Of a stretch of 26,454 nucleotides of DNA, positions 9,381-19,565 are shown piece by piece. Made by a program: the position numbers and the translations under genes. The notes under the pieces are model-generated. The model ran no database searches. It worked only from the letters and a program-made list of their open reading frames with translations, and was not told where the DNA came from. Each line of letters starts with the position of its first letter. The stretch's first letter is position 1. Source of the DNA: Chlorokybus atmophyticus (taxonomy: Eukaryota > Plantae > Mesostigma and Chlorokybus algae); contig RHPI01000330.1 in assembly GCA_009103225.1 (NCBI GenBank), positions 3,216 through 29,669 of the forward strand. The letters are read 5' to 3'.

Positions 9381-9539
9381 AATGGCTCCGACGTACCATT
9401 ATAATGGTACGATCGAGCCATTGCACGTCCAGGGTGAGTCTCTGGATATATATATACATATATATTCCGATTGAACCGTGTCAATGGTACGAAGATGCCT
9501 TTGCCAAAAGGTATAGGCATTGTACAAAGGTACCATTGA
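9381..9539. promoter_or_regulatory. Bidirectional promoter region with palindromes, GTAC cluster and TA tract
   Basis: Hairpin AATGGCTC-CGA-CGTACCATTATAATGGTACG-ATC-GAGCCATT at 9381-9422 with a perfect 20-bp core. Second inverted repeat TCAATGGTAC...GTACCATTGA at 9481-9539. Five GTAC; (TA)n tract at about 9446-9466. Lies between divergent ATGs at 9230 and 9541/9718. Confidence 0.6.
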
Positions 9540-9717
9540 AATGGCAGTTCGTAATATTGACAACTCTAGCAATGTCAGTCCCCCTGCGCATGAAAACACC
9601 ATTGATAGCTCCGCCAAGCTATGCCTTACAGGGGCGTGATGCCGAGGGTATGTGGCGTTTGGAAGATCGTTGGCGGCGCTGCCAGGGGCGTAGTGGGCAT
9701 TGTGGTCGAGGTCCGGG

Positions 9718-10573
9718 ATGAATTCCATGTTGGCACAGGGCGGGCAGGGTGCCGGAGGGGTGTCCTCGGTGTCAAACCCCACCAAGACTACCAAGGGCAC
9801 ATCCAATGACAACAGTAACTCGGGCGATATCTTACGGGGCTCCCCCTCCGGATGGGCAAAGGCACACCACAATGCTGCCTCTAAGAAAATCCAACCCACT
9901 AGCAGCTGCGACCACGACGACATGATTGAAGGGACCAAACAAGACTGGCATAACCAAGGTGGGTTACGATGCACTGTCAATGCCACATGCTAGGGTTCTT
10001 TTATCTTGCACATGCACAGCCTCAAGTATCTTGCACTTGACATACATTGTCAATACGACATGCACACCCTCATGCACAACCTCCAGTGTCATGCACATGA
10101 ACAGCATGACCAATCTCGCAAATGCACAGCCTATTTCTACTTGCGGGAGCTCACAAGTCGCAAAAGAGAAGCTGCGGAGTTAAACGAACGGGTAATCTAT
10201 GACCTAGTTTAATGTTTCCAGCGGTAATTAAGCAGTATGCTTGCAGATTGCCATGTTGGTCAGAGTGAACCAAGAGCAGCGCGGCAGGCTGACTGTCTGC
10301 CTGGCGGAGTGCAACAAAGCGGAAGACGAGGTAAGCGTGTGTATGCTGATGGGCTAGTCCTCTGGCAGCACGCCACTCTTACAGCATTACCAAATGCAGG
10401 TGGTCACTCTCAAAGCGACCATCAAGCGCATGCGCGTGCACGGCGAGGCGCTGACATTCAAGCTGAAGAACAAAGTAGCCGCTGTACTGTCAGCGAGCGA
10501 GGCAGCGGATGAAGATGACTCCGGCGTTGAAGCAGAAGACTCGTCGGAGGAGGAACAGGAGGAGGGGGTTTGA
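9718..10573 (+). CDS. Four-exon coiled-coil protein with acidic C-terminus, unknown function (about 190 aa)
   Basis: Exons 9718-9958, 10130-10191, 10247-10330 and 10385-10573 are phase-consistent and stop-free: ...DWHNQ|AYFYLRELTSRKREAAELNER|IAMLVRVNQEQRGRLTVCLAECNKAEDE|HYQMQVVTLKATIKRMRVHGEALTFKLKNKVAAVLSASEAADEDDSGVEAEDSSEEEQEEGV*. The start is uncertain: an in-frame ATG at 9541 is followed by two stops. Confidence 0.65.
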
Positions 10574-11126
10574 GGAGGGATTCTAAGGCAGGCACCACGG
10601 GTTGACAAGCTGCGCACGAGTCCGACAGCTAGACTCAATGTTATAGGATAGTTTCATGCGCAAGTCGGCTGCTCAGTTGTAAGTGGACATACTCTCACCA
10701 CTGCCCGTACATTGTATATATTGTGGGCTTTTAGGTGCAAGATCAAACAATTAGTCCAAGGTTTGTACAAGCTGCATGGCATGTTAGTGTTGGCTTACGG
10801 CAAGAATTGCCAACTTTTATCAAATGGCAAGGGTCACATATTAACAGCAGTGTAACGGCAAAGAAACTGCCGGCTATTGCTGTCAGCTGTCCGTGACTAC
10901 CGGTCAACGGCCGTCTGTGCACATCGACCAAAGGGTAACTGGTTGACAACTCTCGGCCGGTTAGTGCCACTGACAACCACTTTTGGCCCGCGGCCGTCTG
11001 CGTTAATCCACTTAAGCCAACGGCAAACCCAACAGTCCAAAAGTAATATTTCAGGCAGCAACAGGCAGGCTCAGGCACTAGTCAGGCCCTCAGTCCTTAG
11101 TCAGTCACCGTGTAAAATTTGCGACG

Positions 11127-14100
11127 ATGTGGAAGTACGTGGATCCAAAGACACCACCACCAATACCAGGGGAGAATACTGCGTGGTCTGAGCGTTTAGC
11201 AGGAGCACACGCTTTGCTTGTGTTGAATTGCAAACCGCATCACTTTCCCATGCTCACCGCATGTGAAGATGGGAGGCAGGCTTGGGAGAAGCTTGCATCC
11301 GTGTTCTAGGCCAAGCACAACGCCAGAAAGCTTACGCTTCGCAAGCAGCTGAGTGCGCTCAAGAAGGAGGGAGGCGAGTCCATCACCAAGTATGTTGCGC
11401 GTGCAAGAGAGCTGTGGGCGGACCTCAACAACGTCAGCCATCAAATGGGAGAGATGGAGGTCGTACTGGCTATCATGGCAAGACTATCAGCAGAGTATGA
11501 AGTCGGCACCACTTTGCTAGAGACATCGTCATCGGATCTGACCCTGGACGATGTGTTGCCCAAGTTATTGACTGTGGAGCAACGTGTGGTGAAGAAGGAC
11601 GGGCATGCTGACGCTGTCGCCTTCTACACGAACAAGAAGAAACCCTACAACCATGAAGCGAGCACTAGCACCACCAGCAATGGCAACGACCAACGCAAGG
11701 AGAAGAACGTTGCCTTCACTGCATCAAGGGATATGTCTACCACATCATGGGCGATAGACTCTGGATGCAACCAGCACCTGACACCACACATGGAGGTCAC
11801 GGAGAACTACATGAAGCTGCAAACTACAAGGAAGGTGGAGGGCTTCAGTGGTCATATGCTGGAGGCTGTAGGCGTGGGTGAAGTGCGGCTCAACTGCAAG
11901 GTTGGTGATGGTATGAGAGAGGTCTTGCTGAGAGAAGTTCTGCACGTTCCTGGGGCTGCTGCTAGTCTATTCTCTGTGAGGGTTGCTGAGCGCGTGGGTG
12001 TTGAGATCATCATCCGCGAGGGTCGATGCTCTGTGCTCATGGATGGGGTCGTGCATATGGTTGGCATCGCGCAAGGAGGGCTCTACATCGTGGAGCAGCC
12101 TCATAGCATCAAGGCCAACGTGGTGACGGAGAAGGAAACGGCTAAACTTTGGCATAGGAGGTTCGAGCATCTTGGCTACAACAACCTCACACGCCTGGTG
12201 GCTGAAGACATGGTCAAGGGCATCCATGTCAGCAAGGAAGACTTTCAGGCATCTTCAGGTGTGCTGTGTGAACCCTGTGTCATGGCCAAGCAGCATATGA
12301 TGCCGTTCCCGTCATATTCTTCTAGCAATCAACATCCAGGTGAGTTGGTACACATGGATGTTTGCGGGCCTATGCGCGTTGTGGTGAAGGGAGGGGTAAG
12401 GTACTTTGCAACTTTCCTCGTCGACCACGGCAAGCTGTCCATCGTCTACCTTTTATCTCTAAAGTCGGAAGTTGAAGGAGCTGTGCGCAACGTCGTGGCA
12501 TTGCTAGAGACACAATTAGGCAAGGAGATGAAGGCAATGCGCAGTGATCGAGGAGGGGAGTACATCAACGCCCAGCTCAAGGACTTCTTCGCTAGCAAAG
12601 GCATAAGGCATGAGACAACGGCGCCCTACACTCCACAGCAAAACGGAGCGGCTGAACGCATGAACCGGACCCTGTTGGAGCGTGTGCGGGCTATGCTCAA
12701 CGATTGCAAGATGGAGGACACTCTGCGGAAGGAGGCAGTCCTCATTGCCAACTACATCCGCAATCGGTCACCTGTAAGCTCTGATCAGAAGACACCGTGG
12801 GAGCTCTTCTATGGAGCTGCACCAGATGTGAGTGGTATGCGTGTGTTTGGTTGCACAGCATACGCACTAGTGCCAAAGCAGCTACGGCACAAGTTGGAGC
12901 CAGTCAGCAAGAAGGGAGTCTTTGTTGGCTACGAACCAGGCTCAAAGGCGTACATGATCTTGATGGAGGAGAACCACAAGGTCATCGTCAGCAGAGAGGT
13001 GGTGTTCCACGAGGAGTCACTACTAGAAGCGGGCTTCTTTCTAAAGGATGAAGATGAGGCACAGCCACAAACCGTTCCTGAGAGAGTGGAGGCTTTAGAC
13101 GAGGCAGACATCATCACAAAGGACTTTCAGGCGCCCCCTGAAAGGTCTTCAGGCGAGCAGCAGCAGGCGCCTGTTTGTCGCTACCCTGAGAGGGAGAGAA
13201 AGCGCCCAGACTTCTACCAACAGGCACTTGCAGGCGTGTGCCAAGAGGGAGACAGCACAGAGGAGCCAAGTACATACCAAGAGGCACTGCAAGCACCTGA
13301 TGCAGAGCAGTGGCAGCAAGCCATGGATGAGGAGATTGCGTCACTTCATACCAACCAAACATGGGTACTTGAGAAGCTACCTTCAGGCGAGAAACCAATC
13401 CCTGTCAAGGTTTTTAAGGTGAAGAGAGACGGTCAAGGCAACATAGAGCGCTACAAGGCAAGGCTCATGGCAAAGGGCTTCTTGCAACAAGGAGGCGTGG
13501 ACTTCAATGAGGTCTTCGCGCCTGCAAGTAAGCATGCCACATTCCGCACATTGCTGGCCATGGTTGCGGCTGAAGACTTGGAGCTTCACCACCTTGACGT
13601 GAAGACTGCCTTCCTTTACGGAGAGCTTGAGGAAGAGATCTACATCCAACAACCAACGGGATACGAAGAAGGGGAGCCATGCACTGTTTGCAAGCTCATC
13701 AAGGCGTTGTATGGGCTGAGACAGGCACCACGCATGTGGCACATCCGCCTCACCAAGGAGTTGGAAGCACTTGGCTTACAGGCGTCCTCAGCAGACCCTG
13801 GACTCTTCTTCCACCCTGAGAAGAAGGTGTTCCTGTTGGTGTACGTGGATGACATCATTATGACCGCCAAGCACATGAAAGACTTGGAGGAGACGAAGAA
13901 GGCACTGCAACAGGCGTTCTCAATGCGTGATCTTGGAGAGGCCAAGTGGTTTCTTGACATGGTAATTGAGCGCGACAGAGCGGCGCACACCATCAAGATC
14001 AGTCAGGAGCAGATGGTGAAGAGACTTGTCACCAAGTTTGTGCTCAAGGAGGCAAAGACTAAGTCTACTCCACTTGCACTCGGCACCCACCTCGCCAAGG

Positions 14101-14793
14101 CAAAGGATGAGGAGATTCTTAACAAGGTCAAGTACTCCTACGGTGAACTGGTAGGCAGCATGCTCTATCTAGCAGTGTGCACATGTCTAGACATTGCACA
14201 TGCTGTTGGAGTCCTTGCTCGCTACATGTCTGCACCGAGCATGGAGCATTAGAAGGCTGCAAAGGGTGTACTTCGCTATGTTGCTGGAAGTGCAACTATT
14301 GGCATCAAGTTTGGGAGCGGGAGCTCGGAGTTGGAGGGCTACTGCGACTCAGACTTTGCAGGAGACCTCATCAGCAGGAGGTCCACCACCGGCTATGTCT
14401 TCAAGTTAAATGGAGGCATTGTGAGCTGGAACAGTAGGCTGCAGCCACCTACAGCGGCATCCACTTCAGAGGCTGAGTACATGGCAGCAGCAGCAGCTAC
14501 AAAGGAGGCATTATGGCTTCGCAAGCTGATGGCAAATCTGGAGCACTCAATGGCATGCATCACAATCCACTGCGACAACCAAGGCGCCATCAAGTTGCTG
14601 AAGCATCCCATCGCCTCAGCAAGGACAAAGCACATCGATGTCATGCATCACTTTGTCCGTGATAGAGGCTACAAGTAAGGAGGTTGAGTTCCAATACTGC
14701 AACACCGAGGCCATGCTTGCGGACTTCATGACAAAGGCGTTGTCACCAAGCAAGTTTCAGGCGTGTTGTTCGGGACTTGGTATTTGCATGTGA
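11127..14793 (+). pseudogene. Copia gag-pol polyprotein
   Basis: One frame with TAG at 11307-11309 and 14250-14252 and a frameshift near 14670. Gag: AWEKLASVF*...LKKEGGESITKYVARA. Protease: WAIDSGC. GAG-pre-integrase: LWHRRFEHLG...CEPC. Integrase: LVHMDVCGP, RSDRGGEY, PQQNGAAERMNRT. RT: YKARLMAKG, VYVDDII. RNase H: YCDSDFAG, EAEY, CDNQGA, TKHID. Confidence 0.9.
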
Positions 14794-14843
14794 TCATGCA
14801 GGAGCAGAGACTCAAGGATTAGGACAAGCTGCCCGCGTGGGAG

Positions 14844-15341
14844 TGTTGAGGATATTTCTATGTCCGGTCAGCCTTTGTTGAAGATACTTCTATATCCAGT
14901 CAGCTTTGCCCTTTATATAGGCATAGGCGTCAACTCCGAAGGTCTGGCCGCCAGAAGGTTCCAGGCGCGGACTCCATTCAAGAAGGTTTCAAGCGGAGAC
15001 TCCAGTCGAAGAGAAGGTTGCAGGCGCGACTTCCAGGCGCGTAGAAGAACACTCATAACTCAGTGGTTACTGCACCGATTGGCGCGTGGCTTAGCTTGTT
15101 AGAAAGGTCTTGAAGTTAGCTACGTTATGCACTTAAGTTCATGATGATAGCTAACGTGTAGCGTACACAGTTGCTTCTTGAGTAGACAGGTGTATCTGCA
15201 GCGGGTATAAAAGCCCATGCTTGAGTTGTAATCAAGTGAAAGTCACTGTGTTGCTCTTGTGTATGCTCTCGCGGCTGTAGAGTTGTATTTGTGCATGTCC
15301 AGCATCAGCCTTAGCTACATGTGTTGCTAGCTTCTTCAACA
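14844..15341 (+). repeat. 3' LTR of the Copia element (498 bp)
   Basis: Starts TGTTGA immediately after the PPT and ends TCAACA. TATA-like GGGTATAAAAG at about 15203. Confidence 0.75.
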
Positions 15342-17279
15342 TCATCGTATGGGATAGAAGAGTCCTGGTCAGGGTTGTGGGTAACTACCGCTGCTGACCT
15401 GTTAGTGGTTGTCGAAGCCGAACTGTAGGTGCCTGTTGCAGCTGACCTTTAGTGAGAGCGAGTGCGAGCCACCACCTCGAGAGGCATGTATCCTTAAACC
15501 TCTCCATCCTCCTCAACCCAATGGGGGACGAAACCATGCCTTCTCTATCCGGTAGTCCAGCCCCATGCCAACAGGAAAGTTGGAGTCTTGTCCCAGCAGC
15601 AGGTCGTAGGATTTCGCGTCGGTGACCACACTTTTGTATGATCTTCGTGCTGTGGGAAGGGTCCAACCCGGTCAAGTGAATGCAGAGGGCCTGCTTGGTG
15701 ATGCCAATCACCTTGTCGCGGCTGCCGGTTGCTATATCGAGCACGTATGGGCATCAGCTCAGCGTTGGTGATGACAATGGTCGAGTGCGAGGTAACATCC
15801 GATAATCACGGGCTGGGCCCAGTCAAAAGTCCAGCATTACGCGCTTGGGTGCTCGACCATTGATGATAACATGCTTGCCTTTGTTGGCGTTCATGGCTGC
15901 GTTGGCCTTAAAGCGTCGGCAGCGTCTGTGTGGGGTGATTGCTGCTGCTGCAGACTCCTCCGGTGGTGTCGAGCGCAGCGCGGCAAGCGCCCCTCGACCG
16001 CCTGGGTCTTAGAAACCTCCTTGTCCGCGGCCTGGCACGAACCGTCCTAATCTTGGTTGTTGATATACTCGCTACAACCTGAGTACTGGCGGTGCTGCCT
16101 ATGGCTGCCCAGGCTGTGGCGCAGGGGGATTGCGCCTCTGTGTGGCCGGGGTCATACCTGGTGGCGTGGCTAATAGCTGTGGGGGAAACCCTGGCGAATC
16201 GGTTGTTTGTGGGCCCGCCTCCTGTGCAGCCAATTCTTTCACATCAGTCCAGCGTACAGCATGAGCCGCCTCCATGAATAGTGTACCTTTCCATGTGACT
16301 GTTGGATTGTTAACCACATCACCCCAGCATTGGTTCTGAGGCATGGGCTGAAGATACACTGCGCGCAAGAGCCGCGCTCTTATTTCGTGGGTGATGGTGG
16401 GAACCCATAGGCATCCCATCTGCCATTGTCCACCGCCATTTCTCGCACCATTGTTGCTCGTGCACGCACAGTGAGGTAGTTCTCTTGCTGTTATACATGC
16501 TGCTCATAAGCAGCTGCGATGCGTTTGCGCTGTCACGCTGCTTCCATTCCGGGCAACTTCAGTATGGCCTTTTGAGCTCCTTCTAGGGTGTCAGTGGCTG
16601 CTGAGGCCACCTCGTCATAGGCTTGCCGTAGCGAGCGAAGACAGGCGTCCAACCATGGCAATCTAATGCCAAGGCACTCTGATGGCAGTGGTTGCGATGA
16701 TGCCAATCAGTGGCGTTAGAGTGGTCTCAGCGCTCGCTGACACAGGTGTTCCTATAGCAGGAGCGGGACCAGTGCGATCTACCGCTGCAAAGTCGGTGGC
16801 AGCAGTGGCTGTTGCCATCGTATTCACCAGTGTTGGGGTCGCGGTGCCCACCGATGTATCAACTTTTGGTGCAAATAGAGTAGTTGCTGCTGACGTTGAC
16901 AGAGTTGACGTCGTAGCCGGTGTGGCTGTTGCTGCTGATGCAGCACCATTGATGGCTTTGGATGAGGTACCTGCTGACGATGTTGCGGCTTCCCTCGTGG
17001 TCATTGGGATGGTTGAACGCGTGACGGAGTGCTCATGTCTCGTGCGCTTTGGAGCCATCAGTGCCCATCGGGCAGAGTAGCAGGCGTGGTAGTTCTGCTC
17101 ATTGTCTTCCTTCAAGCGTGTCATATGCGCCATGAGGGCAGCAATATGGTCATCAGCTGGCGGGTTGGCTGGAGCCTTGGCGGCAACAGCAGCAGCGCGC
17201 GAACGTCCTTTCAATCCCTTGCGCTGAGGAGAACGATTCTTCCCCTTGTAGCCTTGCTCTTCCTTGCGAGTGTTGGCTT

Positions 17280-17875
17280 AGTTGTTGTTGTTGTTATGGC
17301 CTCCTGTGTGGTTGCTATTGTAGCCACCAGAGTTGTTGCCGTTGTGGCCTCCAGTGTTGTCGCTGTTGTAGCTCTTAAGATGCGTTGACAAAACTACACA
17401 TGCACATGTGTGCACGCCACCCAACACCAACGCCAAGAGGCTGCAACAACAAGACTAAGACCATCTATTGCCATCAAGTCCGCGGGTTTTATATCCGCCA
17501 GGAATACACTGGTCTACTCTAAAAGCCACCACATTTGCAGCACTTATTTACATGCTGTGTTCTAAGAAGCATCTTGTAGCTACTTACAAGGGCTATTTAC
17601 TGAGCTCTAGAACGCTCAGATTGGTGCAGTAACCATCGAGTTATGTTGATTCTCGTGCAGGCCTGGAAGTCGCCAGACTCCGGACTCGAGTCCGCGCCAG
17701 GAACCTCGACTTGAGTCCTCGCCTAGAGCCTTCTCGCGGCCATTCCTATTCAGAGGGCAAGCTGACCGTCCGCCTGGATGTAGGAATATCTGTAATAGTA
17801 GTCGCTAGAGTTGTTGCCATTGTGGCCTCCAGTGTTGTTGCTGTTGTAGCCACCAGAGTAGTTGTTGCTGTAGCT
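17280..17875 (-). repeat. 48-nt coding tandem repeat (GGYNSNNTGGHNGNNS, about 3 copies), split by the solo LTR
   Basis: After removing the LTR the translation reads YSGGYNSNNTGGHNGNNSSDYNSDNTGGHNGNNSGGYNSNHTGGHNNNNN*. Confidence 0.7.
17373..17797 (-). mobile_element. Solo LTR (425 bp) related to the Copia LTR, inserted in the gag remnant
   Basis: Flanked by a 5-bp TSD, GTAGC (17368-17372) and GTAGT (17798-17802). Termini are each one change from TGTTA...TAACA. Shares GCGACTTCCAGGC, CATAACTCnnTGGTTACTGCACCnAT and a TATAAAA block with 14844-15341. Removing it restores the gag frame. Confidence 0.75.
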
Positions 17876-19307
17876 GTTGGCAAGTGTCAACTCAGAGAAC
17901 TTGAGCCAGCAGACTGACTCCAAATAACCCATCTTGTGACAGCAGTCGCAGACCAGAGTTGAGTACTTTACGGTGCACTCTTTTTTAGTGCCCATGCTGT
18001 CTACAGCGACGACACAGCACAGGGGCAGGCAAGGCAGCATAAGCTGACCATTTCCCGTTGTCGCATGCTGGTGGAGCGTTTTGGCCACGTTCGCGGCGAG
18101 GAGGCTCAGTCGTTGTGCTGGCTGCAGGCCGTGAGGCGCTGTGGTTGGTGTCCAGCACTGCCTTCTCATACACCAAGCGCTTGTGGATGGCTTGTGCAGT
18201 CTCGAAAGCTTCCTTGAAAGTGTAGCCAAGGGGCTTGCTTTGGTTCAGGGTCAGGCGTGTCATCTCACTCAAGGCCGAGTCAAACTCATTGACATACACC
18301 ACTGCAGCAGCAGCATCATTGACGATCTTGTAGTCAGTGTCTTTTAACAGTCTTTTCAGTCTGAGTACAGGCGTAGAGGGTCCTCGTTGGGCTTGCATCA
18401 AAACCGTCTCAGCTCCTCCACTTTGTTGGTGGTCTGAGGTGGGAAGGTGCGATGAAGTGCAGCGTACATGTTCTTAAGTGAAAAATAGCAGCACCTACAG
18501 TGATGGCTAGTGCGCGCAGTGCAACCGACCCGAGGGTGAAAGCACTGCCTCTCGCACGAGAGCCACGTGTTGTCAGAGGTTGAGGCGTGCCAGAGGTTCA
18601 GACGTGTCCCACTTGAACGGCAGCTCGTTGTTCTTCAAGGATAGCAGCAGAACAGTCCAAGTTCCGGGCCTGTCGTGCGACCGTCTCGATCTCAATTTTT
18701 GCAGGGGTTTCATTGACAATCACCAACTCAGGCTCCTCCTCTGCCCTCTCGACGGCTGCAGCTATGGACACGCCGTGACTGAAGCTGGAATGGCAGGTGG
18801 AGCGACGGCTGCTAAAATGTGCTGTGGCGCAGATGCTATGGTGCTGGCGAGCTCGCCATAGCCAACAACTCGATGCAGTTCAGCAACAGACTTTTAGACA
18901 TCGTGTGCTTCATGGTCCAGATACCAAGCAGCAATGTGGGAAAAATCTCATCCGACCAGTCTTTGTTTCTCAGAGCTTGCTGTCGCATCTTGGAATAGAA
19001 CTTCATGAATTCGTCCAGCGAAGTGGTGCCAGCACGTTCGAAAAAGCGCAGGGATGTGGTTGAGTTGAAAGACTCCATCTCGTAGTCATCGCTGTCGGAC
19101 GATAGTGGGGAAGCTCGATGGCGAGGAGTATACCGGAACGGAGCGAAGCCGGAGACCAAACGCGAGCCTCTGCTGCTACGATTGCTGCTCGCGTCGCTAG
19201 TCGGCTCGCAGGTGAGATTGGAGGTTGGGCTCCAGCTGCTGAGGTTACCCTCGTCGATTGGAGAGAATGGGGTGGGCCTGCTTATACAGCTAGTTTATAG
19301 ATGAAAG

Positions 19308-19565
19308 TGTATGCAAGGTAGAGTGTTTGTGCTCTGCTGTCTATCTTGATGCTGCTACCACTCACCACACTAGTGCTTGTGTACGCACTATGTGATGATA
19401 GTGATACGAATGCCCGGAGATGTATCCCCAGATGCGGACTGCACTATCTAAGACAGAATGCGACGCACTCACTTAAGCAAAGAGGGTGACACTGTGAGTA
19501 CACAAGCCACTATGATAGGTAGTGCTGTATACAAAGTTCTTTGCATGAGTCGATGATGTGTTACA
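19308..19565 (-). repeat. Candidate 5' LTR of the gag-protease remnant
   Basis: On the minus strand the segment starts TGTAACAC and ends TGCATACA, just upstream of gag. No second copy and no recognisable PBS. Confidence 0.3.

Larger units (their letters stand above)
1..10573. mobile_element. Putative large Plavaka-type DNA transposon with cargo genes; left end outside the window, right end undefined
   Basis: Transposase-like gene (7850-9230) embedded in a tightly packed gene set that shares one promoter palindrome at 1346-1387, 5819-5836 and 9381-9422. No termini or TSD identified, so the element boundaries are inference. Confidence 0.55.
11127..15341 (+). mobile_element. Ty1/Copia LTR retrotransposon, 5'-truncated (no 5' LTR), decayed
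   Basis: Order gag-PR-IN-RT-RNaseH, followed by a PPT-like CCCGCGTGGGAG (14832-14843) and a 3' LTR. No copy of the LTR lies upstream of gag. Confidence 0.9.
15342..19300 (-). mobile_element. Decayed gag plus aspartic protease remnant of an LTR retroelement, probably Ty3/Gypsy-like; RT and IN absent
   Basis: Gag fragments (18836-19159, 17985-18401) with two CCHC knuckles, CRRCRQHGH..KEC and CDCCHKMGYLESVC. Frameshifted retropepsin at about 15860-15520: KRVMLD..AQPVIIG ... VVTDAKSYDLLLGQ...GMGLDYRIEKAWFRP. Cut at 15341 by the Copia LTR. The superfamily is inferred because no RT is present. Confidence 0.65.

Noticed and set aside
1346-9422. The two homologous 42-bp hairpins as terminal inverted repeats of an 8-kb element
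   Set aside because: Spliced genes continue immediately outside both, a third core lies internally at 5819, and no TSD is visible. A promoter role fits better.
9050-9986. Minus-strand ORFs 9050-9520 and 9399-9986
   Set aside because: They cross the palindromic promoter and low-complexity tracts or shadow the plus-strand gene; no recognisable domain.
1-10573. Endogenous giant virus or Polinton-like virus
   Set aside because: No capsid, packaging ATPase or family B polymerase motifs seen in the window; a transposase is present. Cannot be fully excluded beyond the left edge.
16682-17388. Val/Ala-rich plus-strand ORFs resembling membrane proteins
   Set aside because: Antisense to the Thr/Ala- and Asn-rich gag region.
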